A stretch of 64,000 nucleotides of DNA from Azolla caroliniana. Its lineage: Eukaryota > Plantae > Polypodiophyta. How positions within the stretch are numbered: the first letter of the stretch is position 1; the number at the start of each line of letters is the position of its first letter. Below the pieces are notes generated by a model. That model worked only from the letters and a program-made list of their open reading frames with translations. It ran no database searches and was not told the origin of the DNA. Below, in pieces: positions 1-10,596 of this stretch. Location: positions 16,306,001 to 16,370,000 of the forward strand of contig JBHGNT010000002.1 in NCBI GenBank assembly GCA_043228905.1, read 5' to 3'. The position numbers were made by a program, and so were the translations under genes.

Positions 1-307
1 CCATTAGCATTGATTGAAGGTCGAAGAACGAAGGAGGGTTTTCCCTCGCCAAGATTGCCGTTATCAACGAGTTGAATCATTGTGCGAGGCCACCCAAGCA
101 TACTTGAAACATCAAATACAAAAATACCCACAATGAGGTATACTATACATCTCATGTTCAAAGGTGCACGTGTGAGTAGAATATAGGTACTAAGGTGTAA
201 GTCCTATATTAAATGACCTTTGGAGTGGAGGATCTAGAATATCCCACTTAAGTACAAGGTCCTATTTAAGGCGTTATAGTCAACACTTCTAACTAGATTC
301 TATCTAG

Positions 308-332
308 GGGTGAAAGCATGAGAGTGGAAACA
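308..332 (+). repeat. left terminal inverted repeat
   Basis: Pairs with 9277-9301 at 23/25; followed by the TAGCTAATTAGCTA motif at ~352-365. Confidence 0.85.
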
Positions 333-673
333 ATTAGCTATGTCCTTGACATAGCTAATTAGCTATGCAAAAAGCTACCATTGATAAATAGTCATTTTAG
401 TAAAAAGCCATCATTAATAAATTAACTATGCAAAAAACTATCATTGAAAATACTAGAGTGTTTTAATTACATATGTAAATGAGTGCCATAAATGTGCAAC
501 ATAAACGTGCAACATAAATTGATATGTGCACCATAAATGTGTACCATAAATTATATATCAAATTCTTAGGTCCATTATGCATGATCCTTTGCCACATCAT
601 GTAGGCCATCTCTAGTTGAGTATTGTGTGTTAGTTGCTACCACTGTTGCTAAACCCTATCGAGTCCACCTGCC

Positions 674-1034
674 GCCACTCTACACTCAAGGGCCGCTATT
701 GTGCGTTCCAAGCATCATCAAAGAGCTGTTCAATCTGACGGGGTTCTCTTCTCTGTGCCACTCTACACTCAGGGGCCGCTACTGTGCGTTCCAAGCATCA
801 TCAAAGAGCTGTTCAATCTAACGGGGTTCTCTTCTCTGTGCCACTCTACACTCAGGGGCCGCTACTGTGCGTTCCAAGCATCATCAAAGAGCTGTTCAAT
901 CTAACGGGGTTCTCTTCTCTGTGCCACTCTACACTCAGGGGCCGCTACTGTGCGTTCCAAGCATCATCAAAGAGCTGTTCAATCTGACGGGGTTCTCTTC
1001 TCTGTGCCACTCTACACTCAGGGGCCGCTACTGT
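674..1034. repeat. 83-bp tandem repeat, ~4.3 near-identical copies
   Basis: CCACTCTACACTCA recurs at 675, 758, 841, 924 and 1007, which explains the repeated small ORFs in the track. Confidence 0.95.
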
Positions 1035-1327
1035 CCAGTCTTGGATTGCTTCCACATTTCGATTTGACGGAGTTCACTCATCCAACGACAACATTCTACA
1101 CTCAATTGTCACCATTGGTAGGTCCTGGATCACCTCCTCAACTGTTCGATCCAACGGAGTGAACTCCTCTACTGTTCGGTCTTGGATTGCAATAACTTTT
1201 TTGTCTATTGATTATCTTGTGTATTGTTGTGTCTAATCTTGTGTATTGTGGAATATTTTTGTGTATTGTTGTTGCCCATAGCCATCTTAAATTTTATTTT
1301 ATTTTTCTGGAAATTTAGGGTTTTAAT

Positions 1328-4300
1328 ATGTCCAGCCAAATGGAAGGGGAAGAAGGGTGTTTAGAATTACCCCTCAATGATCATAAGGATAGGGATGATG
1401 CTATCAGGACACAACAAGCCATACGAAACTATTGGGCAGAAAAAAAAGGAAACATCGTCAATTGTTGAAGGATACGAAAGCCACACTTAGTAAAGGTAAG
1501 GATAGTTTAGCTGAGAATGTAAGTAATGTGACTACCATCATAGAGAGAAAGGTTGTAGACTATTTCAATGTTCAAACCAAGCACATCAACAATGAAAAAA
1601 AGAAGGTAGTACTTTATGGAATATGTAATGATCCATCGATAAAGGACTTAGTTGATTGTGATGGTCTTAATGCAAACATATCATTTGTTTTAGTAAATAA
1701 TCTTCATAATAGTTTCATATCCATGAGCCGGTTAGAAGATGATCTTGTCTTAAAAAGGTCTAGTCTAATGATGTTACTTAATAGTGATGTTGACGATATA
1801 AACATCAGTGAGCTATCTAAGGTAATTGGTGTTAGTAGAAAAACAGTGTACAATACAATGAACCGTATAATTTCCTCGAGTGAAGGAACTAGTCTACTAA
1901 AGCTAACTACAAGATGTAAGCCAATGACACCCATAACATTTGAAATCAAGGATGTAATCACAATGTTTTGGACTAATGAGAGTAGGGTTTCACCCAATAA
2001 AAAGGATTTATGCAGGAAACGTGTTGGAAGAAATCAATACGAGGAGCATCCCATTCATCTTCTTGATGTACCTCAAGTATTTACATTTATCTCAACATTT
2101 GTTTTGACTCTACACGGAAAGTTAATTAGCTCAGTTAGCAGAAAAGCTAATTAGCTTATCAGTTACATTTACCTCAGTTAGCTACTAGGATAGCTACTAC
2201 ATAAGTAACTGGCTACTCTCAATAGCTACTACCATGATAGCTAATTAGCTATTCTCAATAGCTAATTTAGTTACTACCACATAATTAGCTACCAAAATAG
2301 CTAACTAGCTACCATGATAGCTAACTAGCTACCAGGACAGCTAATTAGCTACTAGGATAGCTAATTTCGTTATTACCAACTAATTAGCTACTAGGAAAGC
2401 TAATTAGCTACCATGATAGCTAATTAGCTACTAGGACAGCTAATTAGCCACCATGATAGCTAATTAGCTACTAGACTAGCTAATTAGCTACCATGATAAC
2501 TAATTAGTTACTAGGAAAGCTAATTAGCTACCATGATAGCTAATTAGCTACTAGGACAGCTAATTAGCCACCATGATAGCTAATTAGCTACCATGAGAGC
2601 TAATTAGCTACTAGGACAACTAATTAGCTACCATGACAGCTACTTAGCTACTAGGACAGCTAATTAGCTACCATGGTAGCTACTTAGCTACTAGGATAGC
2701 TAATTAGCTACCATGATAGCTAATTAGCTACTAGGATAGCTAATTAGCTACCATGATAGCTAATTAGCTACTAGGACAACTAATTAGCTACCATGATAGC
2801 TAATTAGCTACTAGAACAGCTAATTAGCTACTAGAACAACTAATTAGCTACTAGGATAGCTAATTAGCTACTAGGATAGTTAGCTAGTTACGAGAATAAC
2901 TAATTCCCCTTTATTACGCAGGTCGATTTATCCATGAGTTATTTATTAGATTCAATATTGTGTCCGAGAGAAACTGACGTTATCTTCCATATTCATAAAT
3001 GTGTCATGGGTTTATGTCAAGATTGTGGTCCTACTAGATTTAGGTGGTGTCCAAATGAATTGAGTAGTGAAATATTGATCTTTGTGAAGTTATTTGAGTC
3101 AGTGAACACCAATTTCGAAGGAAAGGTGTGTAAAAGAAAGGATCTAGTTCGGAAGATGCTTAAACCAAGGGATTTGGTGCCTCTGTTTGTAGTATCTCTA
3201 GGAAAGTTCATTAAACACAACTTCATTTATTCATGGCAGGCCCATCCGTTTAAGACTTGCATATCTGATTTCCCAAATGATGTAGTAGTCTTAGTAGTAG
3301 ATTTCGCAGAGAATTATACTTTCAAGCAGTAGAATGAAATTCAATCTATGCATTGGTGTTCAGTTCAGGTAACCATTTTTGTGCACATAACATATTTTCG
3401 AGTTTCAGGTGATGTTAAAAAAGTAATTCATTTCTTTATTTCTGATGATAAGAAGCATGATACCTTGTTCGTCCAACACTGTTTTAAGTTACATTGGCAG
3501 TGGTTATTAGCTCAACATTACTCAACATTGGGTCTGGTCTGACGGAGCTGCGTCACATCCTACTATAACAAGTTTGGAGATGAGATGGAATTTTTTTGGG
3601 TCTGGCCATGGTAAAGGTGAACATGATGGTGGAGGGGTTGTTATAAAGCGGGCACTTACCCATGAACAACTAAAGACAGATGGTGTGCACATGAATTGTG
3701 CATCACATGTAGTTGAATTTTTAAGAACAAATATGTCAACGAGTGCAACAAGTGTTTATTCCTCGCAAGACCGAGATATCAAACGTGAATTTTGGGAAGT
3801 GAAGATAGATGAAGTAAATAGGGAGAAGACTTGGGAGTGCCAAGGAATTCCCGAATTGTGATCTCTGCATGCTGTTCGCGGTTATTCCAGGTTGGATGGT
3901 CATTGTATTGCGGTTAGAGAATTGACTTGTTTTTGCTTCCAGTGTGTGCAGGGAAATTGGAGATATTGTCTAAACAAAGCATACATTCAAAATTGGGAGT
4001 ATCACACTCTGAATGGTAAGGAAGCAGTTGATGGAGAAACAGGGCAGAATGCTGACTTCACATATGAGGGACTTGGAGATACTTTGAGTGATGTCATGAA
4101 CGTTGGGGATAACTTCGTTGTAAATGCTGAAGAAGGCCATTCAGAGGGTGTTGATTTCTATATATTGAAGTGCACGGTTAGTAAACAGTGTGCAAGGCAG
4201 AATATTGTAGATGCATGGGGAAATTTTGTATCTGCCGGGACATCCTACATCGAAGGCATTTTTTATGCAAAACTAGATGATTACGAATATGTGTACAGGC

Positions 4301-4452
4301 TGTTAGAAGACAAACCAACGGCGTACATGTACTCTCATTTGGTCAGGTGCATCAACGTCCCAATGTCAGAATACAATAGCTGCTCAGGTTTATACACTGT
4401 TGGTGCTAATGTGTATGAATGTATTTACAATAGTATGCCATGGAATTTGTAG
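1328..4452 (+). pseudogene. Sola-like DDD transposase, spliced and disrupted
   Basis: ATG at 1328 with a frameshift in the A-run near 1440. Phase-0 GT..AG intron 2077-2921. Motifs VDFAENYTF, EIQSMHW, ISDDKKHD, WSDGAAS, RWNFFGSGHGKGEHDGGG..IKR and C-terminal CFCxxC. In-frame stops (3330, 3859) and apparent internal deletions. Confidence 0.75.
2124..2905. repeat. intronic array of palindrome TAGCTAATTAGCTA, 20-bp period
   Basis: About 25 regular units at 2381-2880 with 6-bp spacers mostly CCATGA or CTAGGA; degenerate units upstream. Confidence 0.95.
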
Positions 4453-6576
4453 CTACAAGTAGCAATTACCATGTTCTCTTGTAAAACAAACATGTATTTC
4501 GCGAAAACAGTTAAATAATTTTGTTTGAGAATCAATTTCTTGTATACAGTCTGCTTTTTGTGCTTCTTTCTCAATAAAATCATGTCTTTTTTGTTAAGTT
4601 TTAAGTTATAAGTTATAGTGAAATAGTCATCAATAGCTAATTAGTTGTACAAATGCAGCTAATTAGCTGTCAATAGCTAAATAGTCATCAATAGCATGAA
4701 ATCAACAATCTGCAACATATTCCTCAAATTACACAGTAGATAAGTACAGTGGGAACAATTAATTAAATTCTTCATTGAATAATGTCATCTCTTTACATAT
4801 TTATAAATTACCATTGGAAATGTCTACAAATCTCCTATAAACAGCTAAGCTCTTGCTAATCAGTGGAATGAGTCTACATATATTATCCACATATCGAGCT
4901 CGGTATGGAGTCCACAACCATGCACCTAGTTGGCAGCTCACTGTTTGCACCAGGTACTGTTCAGGTATTTCCTCGGGTAGAATGAGACAGCATCTCCGAA
5001 TATTGAAGTAGTGCCAGAAATGTTCTGTATCCAAAATCAATGTGTTGTCGGCATTATATTCAGGCCAAGTAGCCCAAAAATCAAAAAGTCCTTGAATCTT
5101 GCAGCTTCCATTTGCTCACAATTTTCTCATGCCCATTGACCTTTAAAATGACTTCGCAATTTTGGGAAGAATCTTGCTAAACACTTCCACACATCTGATT
5201 TTGGTTTTTCACTCCAAATAAACAAATCAAAGTATTGCACAACCCACTCTAGAAACTGATTCGCGTCCCTCCTTGGCTGCATATATCTCACACTCATCAA
5301 GACTTTATCAAGCTCCAAGATCAAGGCTCTTCTTTCGACTTCTAGTGGTTTAGGTTTCCATTCCTGAAACTGAGCCGCTATTACACCATTTTCTGGTAGG
5401 ACACGATCAATCTCAATCAGCTCAGGTTCAGCCGACACAACTGGCGTCCTTTTCCTCTTCAAACCCCTAGTCGACTGTGTTGGGCCTGGCTTCACATTCT
5501 GGTGCTCTTGTTTTGTCGACTTAGTTATCAATCCTTGAATTACCTCAGTGCATGTAGCTACTGATCTGCTCGATATCAGTCCACTGGTATCACATGTTGC
5601 ATTTACCTGCAACACCAAGTCATCCGTGCAACATGCTTGATCAACTTGTGTGACCAGATCACTTGTGTCAGTTGCTACATCTACTTTCAAGATGGGGCCC
5701 TTTAAACACGCCGCAACATCAACAGTAGCCACACTGCCATTGGCCTTACGAGCAATAGAATCAAACCCTTTAGACTCTGCAACATCAGAAAACACCAACA
5801 TATTCACACTCACAAAGTAACTAACAGTCTCACAAAACAACATCCTGAACATCAAAGAGTTTCAGTCATAGAACAACACTCTTCAAATTATCTTGGAAAA
5901 ACATCATAGAGTTCCATTACATAATGTGGATCAAGCAACAACCAATCTGAGGTTTTACTTGTCCAACAGGATAGTAAAACTTCATAAAACCCTAGCAAAA
6001 TCCCTAAGCTAACAATCATATCCAACTAAACAGTATTTTGCTCCACTACGTCTGGGCCCCTTGACCGAGTAACTGGTCTTGTTCCCGATCGTGACCCCTT
6101 CTTCAGCCTTTTTCTGGTCGGTTCCCCATTTAGCCTTGCTTCTTTCACCCAATGTGCAAGTGTGTCCTCCTCCGACAACCTTCCCATCGCCTCAGCAGCT
6201 AATTGCACATCAGCCATTTCTTGAACTAGCTTTTCAAGTACAGAGGGATCTGTTTGGACATTTTCAGTAGTTGGGCTCGGTGGGGTGGAATCAAGGTCTT
6301 GAGATTCGAAGAAATGTTGCATCAAGTGTTCATAAACACTGTTGTTGTGAACCTCAGTTTTACATGTTGTTTCCACTATTTCATGGCATTTCACATCGTT
6401 GCCTAATTCAGTACATTGTTCCAAAAGAATAGGGTGGAGCTGATCTAAAGGAGATGTGATAGCAGGACTCTTACTTTCAGCCACGTTGGCAGCAGTATCC
6501 TCATCTGTTACAGCGTCATCAGCACCAGACACACCATGTGTCGTCCTTAATCCACAAGATTCTACAATAACATGGC

Positions 6577-7030
6577 AGCTATTTAGGATAGCTAATTAGC
6601 TACTTTACTAAACTATGGTAGAAGCTAGGATAGCTAATTAGCTAGTACGATAGCTAATTAGGATAGCTAATTAGCTAGTACGATAGCTAATTAGCTACTT
6701 TACTCAACTATGGTAGTAGCTAGGATAGCTAATTAGCTACTTTACACAACTATGGTATTAGCTAATTAGCTATGAGTAGCTAATTAGCTAGTAGCTAACT
6801 AGCTACCAGTAGCTAACTAGCTGCCAGTAGGATAACTAATTAGCTAGTAGCTAACTAGCTGCCACTTAGCTAATTAACTACTGTAGTAAACTATGGCAGT
6901 AGCTAATTAGCAAATAGGATAGCTTCTTTAATTAACTATGGTAGTAGCTAATTAGCTACAACGATAGCAGCAAAATAGTTTCCATACTTTTTACGGCTTA
7001 GCTAATTAGAAAAGACTAAGCTTATTAGCT
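6577..7030. repeat. second intronic array of AGCTAATTAGCT palindromes
   Basis: Many copies inside the predicted cargo intron 6563-7045. Confidence 0.9.
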
Positions 7031-8419
7031 ACAGTATGGTATACCTGTTAGTTTTCTCCACTCATTTGGTAGAGTTGTACTGCAATCTCCCAAACAGAAT
7101 GCAGCAATTCGACAGGCATGTTGAAAACAAAGCAGATGGTATGTGTGGTTGCATGGTTGTAGGTGAACCAACAAATACGCAGTTTTGTCCTCCACACCTA
7201 ACCTGCAAGCGATGCAACGTGCTTGAACTGTCAATAAATCATTTTTTGGTTCTCCTTCATTTGGTAAGGGAGCAAGAATGTTTAGGTCCAAATCCTGTCT
7301 GGTCCTTACCATTCCCTCCACAAAATGTAGCTGCTTCTTAAGGCAGCTAACTACCTGTTCTTGATGAATGTATTGTTCCTTCAACACAACAGAGAAATTT
7401 ACCGATTAATTATTCTTGTCTGAGAAAGATACACCAACTTTGCTCAGGAATCGTTAACTTACTTGAAGCTTTTCCAAATTGTAATCTGCAACAGTATTTA
7501 CACCTAGAAAGTCCAGGTTCATTGAAAGAACCTGGAACTCTATTTGCAGTTGTATTTTGCGTTGGGGATCCAGTGGCCCCTCTAATTCAAGCTCCTGTTG
7601 CGCAACCTATTCCAGATAATGCTTGATTAGCACATTTTACCCTTAAAGTTATTTATAACACAATCACATACCAGCAAAACAATAGTTACCTGAATCTTAT
7701 TTCTAATCATTGTAACAACGGAAGTAACTTTGCTCTCCATTGCAGAAGCCATTGTGGCTTTCTCTAAATCAGTCTTAAAAAATGCCAATGTCTCACAGGC
7801 TTCATGGACATTTTTTAGCATATAGCTAACCAATGTCTCACCTGTATCATCGACATTGGCTTTCCTTGGCTGTCGGTGTGGTGTATGCCCCCGGTTTTGC
7901 TGGGAGTCGGCAGTTGCATCAACAGCTGCCATGCTCCAAAATCTGTCTATTTTTTGTGCCAAGGTCCCCATCTTTCGACATCTTTTTACCGATGCCTCAC
8001 CATAGACTGCCCAAGCTACCCTATACATTTCAAGGTCTCTAGATTCCTTCACTGTTTTGCAGTACTCATATGCAAATGCTCTAGCAAATGAAACTGACAA
8101 CTCATTGTTGACTGGGATCTCCTGATGAACTTTCTAGTGCAGCCTCATGCAGTCATCGTACAAGTCGGCTCGTACATGCTTCAGCTTGACCTTGCCTTTG
8201 ACTCTAGGCACTGTATATATTGCCATCCAGTCTACATCACTGATCAATTTATCAGTTAGGACAGTAGTGTCAACACCCTCGAGTGACAGACCATAAGTGT
8301 TGTGGAAGTCCTCCTTTGTCTCGCAAAATTTTGCGAAGTTTAGCACTCTCGGATACGCAGGAACGAGCCATCTGAAATATCATTTCAAAAATCAGAAATA
8401 GTGCAAAATCAGAATATGT

Positions 8420-8775
8420 CAAAATCAGAAACCCCAATCAACAACAACAGAAATAGTGCAAAATCTTTAACTTAGCAAATTAGAAACCCTAATCATAATT
8501 TGTATTCAGAAATTTGAAATCAGAAACCCTAATCAAAATCTGTAATCAAAAGTTTGAAATTAGAAACCCTAATCAAAATCTGTAATTAGAAGTTTGTAAC
8601 CAAAAACCCTATTCAGAAATTCTAATCAGAAATTTATAATCAAAAACCCTAATCAGAAATTTCAATCAGAAACCCTAATCAGAAATTTCAATCACAAACC
8701 CTAATGAGAAATTCTAATCAGAAATTTATAAACAAAAACCCTAATCAGAAATTTCAATCAGAAACCCCAATCATC
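8420..8775. repeat. telo-box-like AAACCCTAATCAGAAAT degenerate tandem array
   Basis: About 10 AAACCCTAA(T)-type motifs inside the predicted cargo intron 8372-8818. Confidence 0.85.
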
Positions 8776-9276
8776 ATTAAAGACAGGATTAAACACAAAA
8801 AAAGTAATATAAACACACCTAATGCTACTCCCCGATCTGCGAGACATCCTTGTATGGGACTCCAAGGACTTCGCCCTATTCGATTTTGGGGAAATATGAA
8901 TCAGCACCAAAGTTCAGACAGTAGTCAAAAAGAAAAAACAAATGTTTGGGGTTTCTGTAACTGAAACATACCTGGATGATGATCGAGCCGGTTCTGTGTT
9001 GTAGCTCTCAATCTGCAATGTCGATTTTCTACTGCTGCGGGAGCTACGTCTGCGTTCATGCTCTGAGTACTCCATCTGCGTTCAAAATCAAACTTAGGCT
9101 AAACAAGAAATTGATGACATTGAAGTCGACCTTAGATGAAGTCTGAAACAAAAGTTCAAATATTTGAGTTTTTTCATAAATTAGTTTTTCAAATATTTGA
9201 TTTTCCCACAAAAAAGACTAGTTAAACAAATAGTTAATTAGCTATGGCCATTTTAGTAGCTAATTAGCTATAATAG

Positions 9277-9301
9277 TGTTTCCACTCGCATGCTTTTACC
9301 C
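9277..9301 (-). repeat. right terminal inverted repeat
   Basis: Pairs with 308-332; preceded by TAGCTAATTAGCTA at ~9257-9270. Confidence 0.85.
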
Positions 9302-10596
9302 TTATACTTTTAACAATTAATGGAAAAAAGAAATTTAATAATTTTCATTCATAAAGGAAAAGAAATTACAATATGTCCCAAGATTGGGATTCAGAAGTTT
9401 TAGGTTTACTAAGATTAATAAAAAAGAAAAATTAGAGGTTTTGAGAGATATGGCTTCCGTAGGGAAAATTAGGGTTTATGGCTTCCGTAAGGAAATTTAG
9501 GGTTTTTGGCTTCATTAAGGAAATTTAGGGTTTTTGAGTGTTATGGCTTTGATAAGATAAGAGAGCTAAGAAGGAAAATAAAAATAAAAATTGAGAGAGA
9601 GAATGAGAGTAGGAAAAAAAAATGAAATTTTATATGGAGTTCTCCGTTGATCATAGCCTTCAATGTTACTTTGCATGCCCACTTTTAGTTGCATGGCCTC
9701 TACTTTTAGTTGCATCCATTTTTAGTTGCATGGCTTTTTCTTTTAGTTGCATGCGACCGTCCACATGACCTTTACTTTAGTTTTCTTTACTTTACTTTAA
9801 TTAGCCACATGATCCTATCATCTGTCTGTCTCGATCGTCACCCATCAAATCCGTCTGGTCCGCGTCCAGCCTCGTCCGGTCGCCGGTTTCGCTCGATCGC
9901 CGGTTGTCAGATCCGCCCGATTTCCGACATCATCTGATTGTCGATTTCACCAATTCCGATTTGCTTACCGATCGGTTCTTGTTTGCTTCCCGACCGGTTC
10001 CGGTTTGCTTTCCGGTTGGTTCCAGTTTGCTTTCCAACCGGTTCCGATTTGCTTACCAACTGGTTCTAATTTTCTTTCTGGCCGGTTCCAGTTTGCTTAC
10101 TGACCGGTTCCGAATTGCTTAACAACCGGTTCCAGTTTGCTTACCAGTCAGTTCCAGTTCCATTACCAACTGATTCCATTTTATTGCCAATCGGTTTTTG
10201 GGAACTTGGCCACATTCATCCATCTAGACAAAGTGGCCAAAGTGCTCTTAACACAAATAAAAAATGAGGGATCTCAATGTGCTTATATAGCTAGGGCCTT
10301 AAGTTTCCTATCTATGTGGGATACTTCAAAATTCTATTTTCCCTATTTTCTCATGCTTCATGTCCACCTAACTTGATATGTAGTTGTCTATTTTGTATAT
10401 AGTAAAATGCGTTTGAAACTCTTGAGTACATCCATATTTCTATAACAAGCTACTAATCTAATCTAAAATAATTATTTCATTATTTTTCTACATAGTTTTC
10501 ATATCGTGTGTGAAAAACCACACGACATTCACCCCCACCAAACCTGCACATCCACCGGTATGTGCCAATTGCAGTGAGGTTCCTCTTTTGAATTTT

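Larger units (their letters stand above)
4801..9075 (-). pseudogene. multi-exon transposon cargo gene: N-terminal unknown domain, RING-like finger, acidic linker, FCP1/NIF HAD-like domain
   Basis: Most exons join in frame via GT..AG (about 9075-8972, 8876-8819, 8371-7690, ~7400-7046, 6562-~6035, ~5773-4801). RING-like CxxC...CxHxxHxxC...CxxxC. NIF-like LILELDKVL..RRDANQFLEWVVQYFDLFIWS..WPEYNADNTLILD. Stops at 8134 and 5127. Confidence 0.65.
308..9301 (+). mobile_element. ~9 kb TIR DNA transposon, Sola-like (probably Sola2-type DDD), with convergent transposase and cargo gene
   Basis: 25-bp TIRs: 308-332 GGGTGAAAGCATGAGAGTGGAAACA vs reverse complement of 9277-9301 GGGTAAAAGCATGCGAGTGGAAACA (23/25). 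Transposase motifs inside. No matching TSD (CTAG left, TTAT right). Confidence 0.8.

Noticed and set aside
1-300. Possible LTR end (CAACA at ~285)
   Set aside because: No partner LTR, PBS or PPT is visible within the window.
627-1162. Five overlapping short ORFs
   Set aside because: Artefacts of the 83-bp tandem repeat, whose length is not a multiple of 3.
2381-2880. CRISPR-like repeat-spacer appearance of the palindrome array
   Set aside because: Spacers are only 6 bp and of about two recurring types; the context is a eukaryotic intron with no cas genes.
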